From contig NC_043020.1 in assembly GCF_006345805.1 (NCBI RefSeq), positions 18,786,001-18,850,000 of the forward strand: 64,000 nt of DNA, read 5' to 3'. This stretch comes from Octopus sinensis (lineage: Eukaryota). Below are positions 1 through 13,000 of the stretch, in pieces. Position 1 is the first letter of the stretch, and the number at the start of each line of letters is the position of its first letter. The notes under the pieces are model-generated. The model was not told the DNA's origin, made no database searches, and saw nothing but the letters and a program-made list of their open reading frames with translations. A program made the position numbers and the translations under genes.

Positions 1-327
1 TTAAGTGGTGAGGCGTATGATCACGCCAGACTGTAATAAGGATTTGGGGAGCGTGTGAATGTGTCAGTGGTTGTCCGCGGATACGAATATATATGTGTCG
101 GTCCGTGTGTATGATTCTATGATGTGTGCGCGCGTGTGTGAGCGTGCGTGCGTGTACGTATGGTGTGTGTGTGTGTATGTATGTGTGTGTGTGTGTGTAT
201 TTGTATGCACGTATACATGTATATAAATAGGATTATAGGAATGCATGAATTTGCGTATAAAATGAAATAGTGTTTGTGTTTGTTTGCTAGGCAGCTATAT
301 GCACTTGCCTGACTAAATCTAGGTATT

Positions 328-391
<64 letters not shown>

Positions 392-720
392 TATATATAT
401 ATATATGCGTGTGCATGTAAAATGTGTGTATGCATGCGTATCTATGTGTATGTGGGTATCTGTTTCTGTGTGTTTGTGAGTGTATGTGTGTGTGCGCGTG
501 TGCGTGCGTGTGCGTGCGTGTGTGTGTTTGGAAGAATGTGTATTTCTTAATAGGTTTGGTGTATGTGAGTTTGCGTGTGCATTTCGGAATGTGTTTGCAT
601 GTATGTGTTTATATGACGAGTCATACGTACGACTAACTCTATGCGAGGACTAGCATTTGCGTGTATCTATGTATGTAAACTTGCATTCTTGTATTCTTGT
701 ATACCTATAATATTCTTGTA

Positions 721-940
721 TTCTTGAATACCTATATTCTTGTATTCATGTATACATGTACACGTGTATACTTGCATATAAGTGTATAGGTTTAAGGTGT
801 GTTCGTCAAATCTGTTTGCATACATGTATTCTTACATACCTAAACTCCAGTGTTCTTGAATACTTATATTCTTGTATCCGTGTATACTTGTACACGTGTA
901 TATTTGCATATTAATGTGTGGATTTAAGGTGCGCGGTGTT
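721..940. repeat. Degenerate tandem duplication, period about 132 bp
   Basis: ttcttgaatac(c/t)tatattcttgtat...gtacacgtgtata...ttaaggtg occurs starting at 721 and at 853. Confidence 0.7.
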
Positions 941-1221
941 TCAGGTATCATATGTCAAATCTAAGACCAACATCAGATATATGTTATGAGAGAAATGTTG
1001 TTTACTGACAGTTGCATCTTTGTATTACTTAGTAGAAAGGTAAAGTGATGCAGAGTTCAGTTGCTATTGACGGTGCAACCACAAAATAAAACCTGAAAAT
1101 CAACAGCTCAGTGGCTGAATCTCTTTCTCAACCCAATAAGGAAGCGAGCCGAGAGGTACGACTGAACTCATGGATAACGAAGAGCTGGATTTGTAGAGGT
1201 TAAGTCATTTTGCTTATCATA

Positions 1222-1575
1222 GGCGAATCTATGGCCATATGGTTAAGAAGCTCGCTCTGCAAGCGCAAGGTTTCGGGTTTAGGTCCTTGCGCAAGTCTCT
1301 TCTTTTGTTGTAGTAACACCAGGACGACCAATGCCTTGTGAGAGAATTTGATAGACGGAAACTGCGTGGAAGCCCGTAGTCATGTGTATATTTCTTTCTT
1401 TGTGTGTGTGTGTGTGTGTGTCTGTGTGTGTGTGTGTGATGTGTGTGTGTGTGTGTGTGCGTCTGTGTGTGTGTGTGTGTGTGTGTCTTTGTGGCTCTGT
1501 TCCACCCACTGCTTGACAACCGGTGTTGGTTTGTTTACATTCTGTTAACTAAGCGGTTCAGCAAAAAGGACCAAG
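1222..1575 (+). mobile_element. SINE family A, diverged copy
   Basis: Degenerate head, then gccttgtgagagaatttgatagacggaaactg, central (TG)n and gcttgacaaccggtgttgg body shared with 2653-3092. Confidence 0.7.
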
Positions 1576-2652
1576 TGACGTTGTTTGATGGAAACTGCAT
1601 GGAATCCCATCGTTTATATATATATATATATATAAGCATTTCCATCAGTACTACTATAATGAGCTAACAAGGGGTCCTTTTAATGTTCGGCTGACCTGCC
1701 ACCTATAGCAGCCAAATTTCTCTCAAATCATACTTTTCCGACTTAAAAATTAATGGAGAGAACTACATAAGTCCTGTCCTGGCCATACGATAAGACTATT
1801 CGATTTCAATTATAAGTCTGTTCAGCTGGAGTCTACCTCGGTCTAAACCTCTACAAAAACACTACAACCTAATTATAAAAATTCATTATTAAGTCCACCA
1901 ACGTCTATGGCGGTAATTTGGCACAGACGTCAAAGTGTCGGTTAAATATCTCTGCGGTTTTTAATTACAATTCTTAACAATCTGAATTCAAATCCTACTG
2001 AAACCAAAACTGCATCCTTCCAGACTCGATTTTAATACAGTATAAGTCATGTACTGTAATCGAATTTGGAAGAGGCTAAGACCCTCTGCTAAATTCGAGC
2101 CTTTGTACACACACACACACACAAATCTTTTTTGCATAATTGTATGAATTCTTGAGTGCAGAGCACAAATTCGCAAAATTTTCTGGAAATTCCCCACCAA
2201 TTTTTTTTAAGTTGCTTAAATCAGAATTCCACCAATTCTTTTCGCTGAGCCCCAGAGTTCATAAGGCTGCTGTCCATAGCATGACCAACGATCCTCCTGA
2301 AAAGGGGCTTTCGAGGGTTCAAAGCTAGCAATTTTGTGTAGAGTGAGGCAAATCGATTATTTCAACCTCAGTATTTGACTGGTACTTTATCTTATCGACC
2401 CCGAAGGGATGAAAGGCAATCGTTCAGAGGGGTTCCCTATCATAGACAAATGAAATGTCCCTTAGCATGTTGCTCGACATGGTAACGATTCTGCCTGCTT
2501 GCCGCCTTAGCAATGATATTCAAGGTCTGAAGTCATGTGCAACTTTATTAAAGCAGTATGTTTAACTGATACCTAATGTGCATCTTATACTCCGCTCAAT
2601 CAAAACTTTCGACTTAGAATTAACTTCCTTTAGAGGAATGTTTCTCAAACAT

Positions 2653-2840
2653 AGGCGCAGGAGTGGCTGTGTAGTAAGTAGCTTGCTTACCAACCACATG
2701 GTTCCGGATTCATTCCCATTGCGTGGCACCTTGGGTAAGTGCCTTCTTCTATAGCCTTGGGCCGACCAAAACCTTGTGAATGGATTTGGTAGACGGAAAC
2801 TGAAAGAAGCCCATCGTATACATATATACATACATATATG

Positions 2841-2879
<39 letters not shown>

Positions 2880-3092
2880 GTGCATATGTTTGTGTGTCTG
2901 TGTTAGTTCCCCCAACATCGCTTGACAACCGATGCTGGTGTGTTTACGTCCTCTTAACTTAGCGGTTCGGAAAAAGAGACCGATAGAATAAGTACTAGGT
3001 TTACAAAGAATAAGTCCTGGGGTCGATTTGCTCGACTAAAGGCGGTGCTCCAGCATGGCCGCAATCAAATAACTGAAGCAAGTAAAAGAGTA
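2653..3092 (+). mobile_element. SINE family A, full length: tRNA-like head, CORE-like segment, central microsatellite
   Basis: A-box-like TGGCTGTGTAGT, B-box-like GGTTCCGGATTC, gcaccttgggtaag, central (TA)/(TG) tract, 3' end ...ctgaagcaagtaaaagag; more than 15 full or partial copies in the window. Confidence 0.9.
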
Positions 3093-3602
3093 ACCATTTC
3101 GTACTTATGGATGCCTTTGATTCTTAATTTACTTGGGTGGATCCCCATGGCCATTCGATGTCTACAAGAAACCTTGTTGAATATTTATAATTGAATATTA
3201 TTAAGAACTGTACAAAAAATTTGTTAAAATATTTTGTGTATAGTAGAAGAATAACCAATTTATTTTGTATAAGTTTTAAGAACGAAATCTTCTACGGACT
3301 CGCAAGGGCCATAAAGACCTCGATTGAGAACAACGGCTTTAGAGTCTAAAGTTTTGACCAACTCTCATTGATTTTGCTTATATATATTATTATCGAGACT
3401 TTAAAATCATACATACATCTATTTAAGATGCATATTTAATTGCTGGTTAAAGTGTGATACTACAAACCACTTAGTCAGAACTTTCGAGACCTTCTTTACC
3501 CTTCTTTAAAGATTTTGTCACTTCTTTAAAGCTGCACGATCAACCATCGATGATGCAGTTTATGTATGTTAAAACCAGGTATTTGAAATTATATTTTATT
3601 AT

Positions 3603-3833
3603 ATATTATTTCGGCACAAGAGCAGATATTTCAGGGGAAGGCGTGGAGTTAAGTCGATTAGATCGCCCCCAGAGCTTAACTCGTACTTATTTTGTCGCTC
3701 CCCCACCACCATACGCCCAAAAGATGAGAAGCAAAGTCGACCTCAGCGGAATTTGAACTCAGAACGTAAAGACTGACGAAATGCCACTAAGTATTTTGTC
3801 CGAAGTGTTAACGATTCTGCCAGCTCGCTGCCC
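3603..3833 (-). mobile_element. SINE family B
   Basis: Reverse complement reads gcagcgagctggcagaatcgttaacac...ttctgagttcaaattccgctgaggtcgac, the shared family B head. Confidence 0.8.
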
Positions 3834-3969
3834 TAATTTCAAGCTATATTAACTCCTATTAAAATCGTGTTTGACAGACGGTTAATTAATCATCCGCTGA
3901 CTCATGCCATTGGAGACAGATGAAGTGACAGTAATACAGACCGATTAAGTGTCGTTTATTTAATTTTGT

Positions 3970-4222
3970 GTGGAGGCGTGTGGCTTAGTTGTTAGGGCGT
4001 CAGCATCATGATCGTAAGATTGTGGTTTCGATTCCTGGACCGGGCGACGCGTTGTGTTCTTGAGTAAAACACTTCATTTCCCGTTGCTCCATTCCACTTA
4101 GCTGGCAAAAATGAGTAATGCTGCGATGGCCTGGCGTCCCATCCAGCTGGGGAACACATACGCCATGGAAACCGAGAAACCGGGCCCATGAGCCTGGCTA
4201 GGCTTTAAAAGGGCTCATTTAT
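3970..4222 (+). mobile_element. tRNA-headed SINE family E with V-domain-like segment
   Basis: A box TGGCTTAGTTGTT, B box GGTTTCGATTCC, ttgtgttcttgagtaaaacactt, ctgcgatggcctggcgtcccatccag. Confidence 0.75.
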
Positions 4223-4263
4223 TATTTTTAATTTTATTTAATTTTGTAGTTTATTAATGTCTT

Positions 4264-4321
<58 letters not shown>

Positions 4322-4322
<1 letters not shown>

Positions 4323-4487
4323 GGCGCAGGAGTGGCTGTGTGGTAACTAGCTTGCTTACCAACCACATGGTTCCGGGTTCAGTCCCACTGCGTGGCATCT
4401 TGGGCAAGTACCTTCTGCTATAACCCCGGGCCGACCAATGCCTTGTGAGTGGATTTGGTAGATGGAAACTGAAAGATGTCTGTCGTA

Positions 4488-4532
<45 letters not shown>

Positions 4533-4740
4533 ATATATGTTTGTGTGTCTGTGTTTGTCCCCCTAGCATTGCTTGACAACCGATGCTGGTGTGTTTCGTC
4601 CCCGTTACTTAGCGGTTCGGCAAAAGAGACCGATAGAATAAGTACTAGGCTTACAAAGAATAAGTCTCGGGGTTGATTTGGTCGACTAAAGGCGGTGCTC
4701 CAGCATGGCCGCAGTCAAATGACTGAAACAAGTAAAAGAG
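4322..4740 (+). mobile_element. SINE family A, full length
   Basis: Collinear with 2653-3092, central (TA)n. Confidence 0.9.
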
Positions 4741-4741
4741 A

Positions 4742-4799
<58 letters not shown>

Positions 4800-5360
4800 C
4801 TCAAACTCCAGCCCACGATCACCTGAGACTTTTCAAGCAAGATCCACTACTACAAGAAACACAATATGATGTCTCAGTATTGTCTTCCACCTGAAAAAAT
4901 CCTTTGCTGTACATAAGTAGAGGTGATCACTGCACTCTATTCAAAACGGTTGGCAATTAATGATATTAACGCAGACTGAGTGAACCAAAGCATTGACAGT
5001 GAATCTGTGTACGTATGAGTGTACGTATGTGTGAGAGGGGGTGTGGATGAATGATGGACGTAAACGCAGAATTTTTGAGTGTGCGAACTGAGATAAGTTA
5101 TTAATAGCAGCAATTTGTTTTTGGCTTTTTGGTTTTTCCTTTTTTTCCATTTTCTTTTTTTTTTCTTTTTGTTTTTGATTTTTGTATTTTTATATGTATA
5201 AAGCGGTTAACTAAGTTCCAGTCAGACGGAGACGATATGAACTAACGGAAATTGCCGGAAATGATCGGAAGTTGATTGTTCAAAGAACTTTTCTGAGACA
5301 ATCGATAGAAGAGAAAATACACTGTACTTAGGTTCAAGATAAAGTTCGAAGTCGATATCA

Positions 5361-5463
5361 ATATCCTATATTATTATTATTATTATTATCATTATTATTA
5401 TTATTATTATATTATTATTATTATTTATTATTATTATTATTATTATCATCATCATCATCATCA

Positions 5464-5507
<44 letters not shown>

Positions 5508-5538
5508 ATTATATTATTATTATTCATCATCATCATCA

Positions 5539-5579
<41 letters not shown>

Positions 5580-5606
5580 TATATTATTATATTATTATTA
5601 TTATTG
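5361..5606. repeat. (ATT)n/(ATC)n microsatellite
   Basis: Directly visible. Confidence 0.95.
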
Positions 5607-5818
5607 AAGGTGGCGAGCTGCTGAATCATTTGCACGCTGGACGGAATGCTTAGCGGTATTTCGACCGTCGCTACATTCTAAGTTCAAATTCCGCCGAGGT
5701 CGACTTTAACTTTCATATTTCCGGCGTCGATAAAATAAGTACAAGTTGAACACTGGTGTCAATGTAACCGACTCATTCCCTCCCATAAAATTCTTGCCCT
5801 TGTGGCAAAATTTAAAAC

Positions 5819-5820
<2 letters not shown>
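5607..5820 (+). mobile_element. SINE family B
   Basis: ggtggcgagctgctgaatc...agttcaaattccgccgaggtcgacttt...gtcgataaaataagtac; flanked by (ATT)n. Confidence 0.85.
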
Positions 5821-5855
<35 letters not shown>

Positions 5856-6408
5856 GAGTGTGAGAGCAGTGCATGCCATCAAAGTGACACTGGGGTAAAA
5901 TATACGAAGCCCAATATACCCATCATGACTACCCGTCTGATAAGGGTACACCAAGCACATGCATCACAACCATATGTGCGCGACATGGTGATCTCATATC
6001 AAGATAAACAGCACATGACCTTGCAGGTGGGGCCCAGTTAGAATTTTCTTCAGGTTGAGTAGCCCATCCCACTCAAACGGTCCCTGAATAAGGGTTGTTT
6101 AAGGATGTTGAAAGAACCACCCATGTTTCCAGAGGTGAATTATTCAAACCCCAGAGAATCCCTCTCAACACATGGCTATGATGCTCCCCCACTACTTCTG
6201 CTCGTGATCAGAGATGCACATATCGTCAGCCACTAAGGGACATGCTCAACTGGTTAAGGTCAAACAACTGACAAGCAAATCTGTGGTATTGAGCAGAATA
6301 TTTGCTGTAGCCCATCTTTTATACCAAGACAAAACAATGTACATGATAACATTCCAATCAGTTAAGATCAGAAGCCATGAGGCAGCCTGCCTGGTACTGC
6401 ATCAGGGC
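5856..6408 (-). mobile_element. Family C, ~554-bp non-coding element in (AAT)n, copy 1
   Basis: Near-identical to 9433-9970, 55825-56296, 56619-57092 and 62774-63327; strand inferred from (AAT)n polarity. Confidence 0.85.
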
Positions 6409-6441
6409 ATTATTATAATTATTATTATTATTATTATATTA

Positions 6442-6476
<35 letters not shown>

Positions 6477-7540
6477 GCATCTTCTTTCAATTCTGTTTCC
6501 ATTTCTTGCCGAGTATCTTCCTCATACCTAGGGTAGAGAAACGTACAGTATACATTGTTAGGCCATTAAAACAAGCACACCAGATTGTTCATTTATAGAG
6601 TCATGTGATAGAGAAAAAGGAAAAAAATAAAAAGTAGAAAAGTAAACAAATGAAAATAAAGAGGGAAAAGTAAAGAAAATTCACAGCGACAATGCTCTTA
6701 TCAATACGTGTGACGTACCAGTTAAGACAAACTTTTGCACTTCCTGCATGAATGTTAATTATCTAAGAATGATATCTGTTAGCAGGGATCATTCTTAGAT
6801 AATTTTCAGTTCCTTCTTTTATCATTCCAAGTGCTCCTATAATCAATGGTATTGTAACCGTCTTGATATGCCACATTTTTTCGATTTCGATTAGCAAGTC
6901 TTTATTTTCTGAGCTTATCAAATTCTTTTGCCAAGATATTATGGTCGCAATGTATGCTCATGTCAATCAATAAACAGACTTTATCGCTTTTGTCTTTCAC
7001 AATAATATCTGGTTTATTTTCCTTGATGGTCCGATATATACATACTGGGAAGTCCCAAAGAATAGTTACATTTTCTCCCTCAGTTACAGCCTCAGGGTGG
7101 TGCTTATACCATTTGTTAGCAGTCTTGATTTTATAAAGCCGACACATTATCCAATGTAGATATTGGCCAACTCTGTCATGTTTTGATTTGTACCCTACCG
7201 GTGCTAAAACCTTACATCCAAAGATTAGGTGGTGTACTGTTTTAATCCCATCGTTGTAGTATCGGCACTTTGGGTCTACACCATTTTTGGCTTGATAGTT
7301 CCGTGTCAATAAGCTCTGATCTTGGACAGCCAAGATAAAGCCTTCACTCTCTGCATTTAAACCTGAGCTCCTTAGCCACTGATGGGTATGCTTCTGATCT
7401 ACATCTGCATGTTTACTACAGGCCACATATTTGCCATGCAGAGGTTTTTGTTCTCACCTATCAGCCAATCGTTCAAATACATTGGTTTCACCTTCTTTGA
7501 AACTACAGTTGCTACACTTCCCTCAGGCTGTCTGGGGTGG
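6477..7540 (-). mobile_element. R4/Dong-like RLE LINE, 3' part (zinc knuckle, RLE, 3'UTR, (TAA)n tail)
   Basis: ORF 6902-7426: QWLRSSGLNAESEGFILAVQDQ, CRYY...HHLIFGC, KHDRVGQYLHW, KPDIIVKDK..LLIDMS; C-terminal LTGTSHVLIRALSL* near 6683; ends in (TAA)n. Confidence 0.9.
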
Positions 7541-7544
7541 GGGA

Positions 7545-8323
7545 TAATGCAGTTTCACACCTCTCCTTGAAAAATGCATTGTTTTGAAAAACTTTTTTTC
7601 GGATTCCAGTGTTTTAGATGTCGAACATCACGAATATGCAAAAGAAAATTAACTCCTGCCCCGTCTCCTTTAAAATTTTGAACATTTTCGAAAAAATGTT
7701 CCCCTTATGTTTTTAGATGACGGAGATTCCGAATATGCAAGAAACCACGTTTTCAAAATTTTAAATTCAATAAGCTTATAGATATTATGTTACAAAGAGA
7801 TAGATAGGAATGTCTACCTGGGGCTAAAAATAACAGTAACGCGTCCTCTTCTATGGGACCGCTACTTTTAGTTGACAAATATATTTTATGAATAAACGAA
7901 CAGGGATAAATAGACAAACAGATAAATAAATAAATGAATGAAAAAGTTCAAAATTTAAAATTGGGGGAGGGGTGAAATTCATAACATTAATTATTAAACA
8001 TTGTTTGTTTCTCATAAAATGGTGTATATTTAATTTAATTTACATTAAATTATTATTTATGATTATTTAAGGCAAACACAAGCAAAACGCAAATTCGTTT
8101 CACTTTAATGTTTTTGCCTGCATTTAATTTCGATTTGCATTTCGCTACGATCTCTTTAAAGTAAACAAAATCAAAAATTTTAATTGGTGGAGAAGTGGGA
8201 GGGGGGAATTAATACTTTTTTTTTTTTTTGCATATTCGTAATTTCGACATCTAAAACGTAGGAATCTGAAATTTTTTTTTTCAAAAAAATGCATTTTTCT
8301 AGGAGAGGTGCGAAACTGCATTA
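7545..8323. mobile_element. Non-autonomous DNA transposon (MITE-like) inserted in the Dong-like LINE
   Basis: About 100-bp imperfect terminal inverted repeats (taatgcagtttcacacctctcct...gaatatgcaaaa); LINE coding homology resumes on both sides. Confidence 0.75.
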
Positions 8324-8324
8324 G

Positions 8325-9411
8325 CCTCCAACAGGGGTATTATACATAAACTCACTTGAAAAATTTTTTTGCTCTCCTTCATAACAGAATGAAGCTTCTT
8401 ACATCTTTCATGGTTTTCAAACAGTTTTAGCATCCAGTCGTTAAATGTTTCAAGATATTTTTCCAATCCAGTTGTGGTGCTTTTGTAGGAGATTTCAAAC
8501 TGGATCAAGTCTTGACCTCTCTGAGCTCTGGATAGGTAAAGACGATCTGCATCTGCCTTTGGGTGGTGCATCTTATTGCAAGTCAGCAGCTTACAGGTTT
8601 TCCGGTCAATCTTCTTTACTTCGCTCATATTCCAGTTCAACACATTGAAACTGTAAATAACAACAGAAACTGCTAAGGAATTTATAGCTAACACCTTGTT
8701 ACGTGCATTTAACTCGGATTTTAAGACTGCTTCAACTCTCCTGGAACACTGCTTCCTGATCCCGTTCATACTTGCATGTTGAATGCCAGAGCCCTCATTT
8801 ATTCCGAGATGTTTGTAAGTTTGTTCCTGCTCGAGTTCTTTTATGATAGTGTCAACATCCAACACCACTGAGGTTTTCAGTTTTCCTTTCTGGAAAGTGG
8901 CCTCCGCATATTTATCAAGACCAAATTTCACAGTACGTAGTAGTCCTTCAAGCTTATTATCGCCTTTGCCATAGAGTTTTAAGTCATCCATATAAAATAG
9001 ATGATTTATTTTCTGGTCGCCAATTTTATATCCATACCCTGTTCTTTTGTAAGGGGTATTAGGGCTATGTAGAAAATTAAAGGTGAAAGTGCGTCACCTT
9101 GGAAAATAACGTAGTTGATAATAATATTTTTTGTGGTCAGTACTCAAATAGAGTGGTACAATTGGTGTTTCGTATTCCACATTAACAAGTTATGCTTCAG
9201 GAAACTTGAAATCCCAAGAGTAATCTTGAAGATGTCCAGCGATTTCAAGATCCATGAATGCGATATGCTGTCGAAGGCCATTTTATAATCAATCCATGCA
9301 GAACTGAGATTTCTGCGTTTGTCATGACAGTTCTCAAGGATCATGTTATTGATTAAGAGTTGATCTTTGCATCCATATGAGCCTCGTCGGCACACTTTTT
9401 GTTCAGTGGCT
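8325..9411 (-). mobile_element. R4/Dong-like RLE LINE, RT region, 5'-truncated
   Basis: GCKDQLLIN, AWIDYKMAFDSISHSWI, IFQGDALSP-like segment, INHLFYMDDLKLYGK, HHPKADADRLYL; truncation point abuts (AAT)n. Confidence 0.9.
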
Positions 9412-9432
9412 ATTATTATTATTATTATTATT

Positions 9433-9969
9433 GAATGAGAGAGCAGTTCATGCCATCAAAGTGACACTGGGGTAAAATATATGAAGCCCAGTATACCCAT
9501 CATGACTACCCGTCTGATAAAGGTACACCAGGCACATGCATCACAACCATATGTGCGCGACATGGTGATCTCATATCAAGATAAACAGCACATGACCTTG
9601 CAGGTGGGACCCAGTTAGAATTTTCTTCAGGTTGAGTAGCCCATCCCGCTCAAACGGTCCCTGAATAAGGGTTGTTTAAGGATGTTGAAAGAACCACCTA
9701 TGTTTCCAGAGGTGAACTATTCATACCCCAAAGAATCCCTCTCAACACATGGCTATGATGCTCCCCCACTACTTCTGTTCGTGATCAGAGATGCACATAT
9801 CGTCAGCCACTAAGGGACATGTTCAACTGGTTAAGGTCAAACAACTGACAAGCAAATCTGTGGTATTGAGCAGAATATTTGCTGTAGCCCATCTTTTATA
9901 CCAAGACAAAACAATGTACATGATAACACTTCCAATCAGTTAAGATCAGAAGACATGAGAGCCACTGCC

Positions 9970-9970
<1 letters not shown>
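9433..9970 (-). mobile_element. Family C, copy 2 (about 18 nt short at the inferred 5' end)
   Basis: Collinear with copy 1; (ATT)n on both sides. Confidence 0.85.
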
Positions 9971-10040
<70 letters not shown>

Positions 10041-10043
10041 TTA

Positions 10044-10086
<43 letters not shown>

Positions 10087-10357
10087 TATTATTATTATTA
10101 TTGGAGGCGGCAAGCTGGCAGAATTATTAGCACGCTGGACGAAATGCTTAGTTCTGAGTTCAAGTTCCACTGAAGTTGTCTTTACCTTTTATCCTTTCGG
10201 GGTTCATAAATTAAGTATCAGTGAAACCCTGGAGTCGATGTAATCAACAAGTCCCCTCCACCACCAAAATTTCAGGCCTTGTGTGTTTAGTAGTATGGAT
10301 TGTTGTTGTTGTTGTTGTTAGGCGAGTTTGCAGAATCGTTTGAGCGTCTGAGAAAAT

Positions 10358-11330
10358 GCGGTTGACTTCACCGTCGCTAGGTCGGACACCAAGCAGACTG
10401 AGATGGTCAGCGCAGCCCTAACGGACGGCGAGGCGGCGAAAGGATGGAAAATCAACAGAGAAATGTCAATGAGTAGGTCATTTCGTCCAACAGCAAGACG
10501 GACGATTAAAATTGCACTGGTTTGGTTTGGTCTGGTCCAGATCAGCATGTGGATACGAACTGAGACGAGGTGACGAACAGGGTAGCCTATTTTAATCTAG
10601 AAATTGACCAAGAGAATGCCATTATTGAAAGGTTCGGAAGAAGTGGCGAATGATTTCATCGCTTTCGTCATATATTACCAGCTGACCGTCGTACCTTACT
10701 CCAGATCACGTCTGACCAGATGGGCATGCGCTGGCAACGGATGTACAGACATGCGCTGAGGCTGCGACACCTGCAGTGTATCCTTGACGCTGAACAAATG
10801 CGATCACCGTTTGTTAGACTCGCTTTTCCGCAGTTTGTCTCTTTGAGCTGCATTCTTGAATCAAACGTAGACCGAGGTAGTATGCCTGGTACCTAGAATG
10901 CCGTCAGGTGCTCACAGCTCTCTGACAGTCTGGAAAAGTGGTCGGTAAAATTCCACTTTGGCATTTTATTGAGGTCTAGTGCTGGGCAAGAGCGATGACC
11001 TTTTCGGGGAGAATCTGGTCGTCACTGAAAATCAACAGGCTGCTCTGTCTTAGAAGACTTTCGGCTCAGGACCCATGAATAATTTCTAGATATTTCTGCC
11101 CTGGTAGTTCTACTGCGGAGCATTACCAGCTCAAGATAAGTTCTTCATGCACGGAAGTGGCGTCGGACGTGCCTGCACGAGATTCTGGTTAAGCGACAAT
11201 ATTCTTCTGCACGTACTCATCCAGTGTCCGGGCATTACTGACTTACTGGTTTATGTCGAACAACTGCTATCGTGTGTAGGTCGCATCTGACTATCGGAAG
11301 TTCAACAATCAGCTTCCGATCATGCTTGAG
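10358..11330 (+). pseudogene. Degenerate Tx1/L1-clade ORF2 C-terminal region
   Basis: Manual translation with stops: KTFGSGPMNNF*IFLPW*FYCGALPAQDKFFMHGSGVGRACTRFWLSDNILLHVLIQCPGITDLLVYVEQLL (zf-RVT/CCHC-like). Confidence 0.7.
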
Positions 11331-11539
11331 CCAAAATTAGGAGCAAAGGTGGCGAATTGGCAGACTATAGGTTCTGAGTTCGAATTCCGCCAAGGTCAAC
11401 TTTGTCTTTCATCCCTTAAGGGCCAATAAAATAAGTATCCGTTGACTCATCCTTTAAATCTCTGGCCTTGTGCCTATCCCAGGAAAGGGTTATTAATTTT
11501 GTTGTTGTTGCTGTTTCTATAATACTTCCATGTTTGGGG

Positions 11540-11787
11540 AATATGGACAACTTCCAAAAGTCGTTGTTATTTCAATGCTACAGGGAATGAGGCGTATTAA
11601 CTCTTCGAGATAAACTCCACAGGAATAGGAGAGCCAACAGCCGAAACACTCCAAGAAGCGTTAAGAGGAACGGAGCATTTCACCCGAAATTGTTCTCTGT
11701 CAGCGCATCAGCGACTTGTGGGCGAGTGTCGAAAAGCTCTTGTCTTGTGTTGGACGAATCTGGATGTCTGTTAAGTCTATGGTGATA
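11540..11787 (+). pseudogene. Second Tx1/L1-like fragment, same C-terminal region
   Basis: FGNMDNFQKSLLFQCYRE...CQRISDLWASVEKLLSCVGRIW, paralogous to 11060-11290. Confidence 0.7.
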
Positions 11788-11788
11788 T

Positions 11789-11842
<54 letters not shown>

Positions 11843-12001
11843 ATGTATATTTCGTTTTGGGATTTGGTTTGCAAGATTTTTTATGTGAGTGTGTGTGCGT
11901 TGAAGCATATTCTGTTGTGTCTGGGGAGAGTCATTATCTTTTAGTGCCTCGTAAGTTAACGCATTCACCGGTAAAAATGCATGTATACATATATATATAT
12001 A

Positions 12002-12057
<56 letters not shown>

Positions 12058-12604
12058 CACAATTGTATGTATATATGTATATACATATACACATACAAAC
12101 AACATAGGTGTGAAGTTTATACTAGACTACTAAAGGTATTTCTTCCGCTGACTAAATTATGGCCATGCATTCAAAATTTGCGAACATTAACTTATGTCAA
12201 TTCGTTATGTCATACATATATATACATATATATATGTATATATGTTTATATGTGTTATATATATGTGTGTATATATATGTTACATATATATGTATATATA
12301 TATATTTATGTGTGTTATATATATATTTGTGTGTATATATATATATATACGTTACAAACATGCGTGTGTGTGTGTATGTATGCACATGTGACTGTATTGT
12401 ATATACGTACTGTAACGATGCGATCTATTACGATAGCATTGGAATTTGATCCTTTCGTGTCCCTAATGAAATGGGATCGGTAAATAAACCCTTTCTACTC
12501 ATACTCCCAGTCTTTTTATTACTTCTTCTCTTTCTTCTCTCTCCCCCTCTCTCTCTCTCTCTCTCACTCTCTTTTCTTCACTTTCACTGTCGCTGTGTGC
12601 ATAA

Positions 12605-13000
<396 letters not shown>

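Noticed and set aside
2653-2730. SINE heads as tRNA genes (families A, B, E, F)
   Set aside because: A/B-box-like motifs are present but I could not fold a complete cloverleaf, and each continues into a multi-copy SINE body.
5856-6408. Family C as a U2 snRNA derivative or hammerhead carrier
   Set aside because: Only short scattered matches to U2 (atcagtt, cctggta.tgca). Its CTGAAGA, CTGACGA and CTGATGC boxes lack a correctly placed GAAA and helices.
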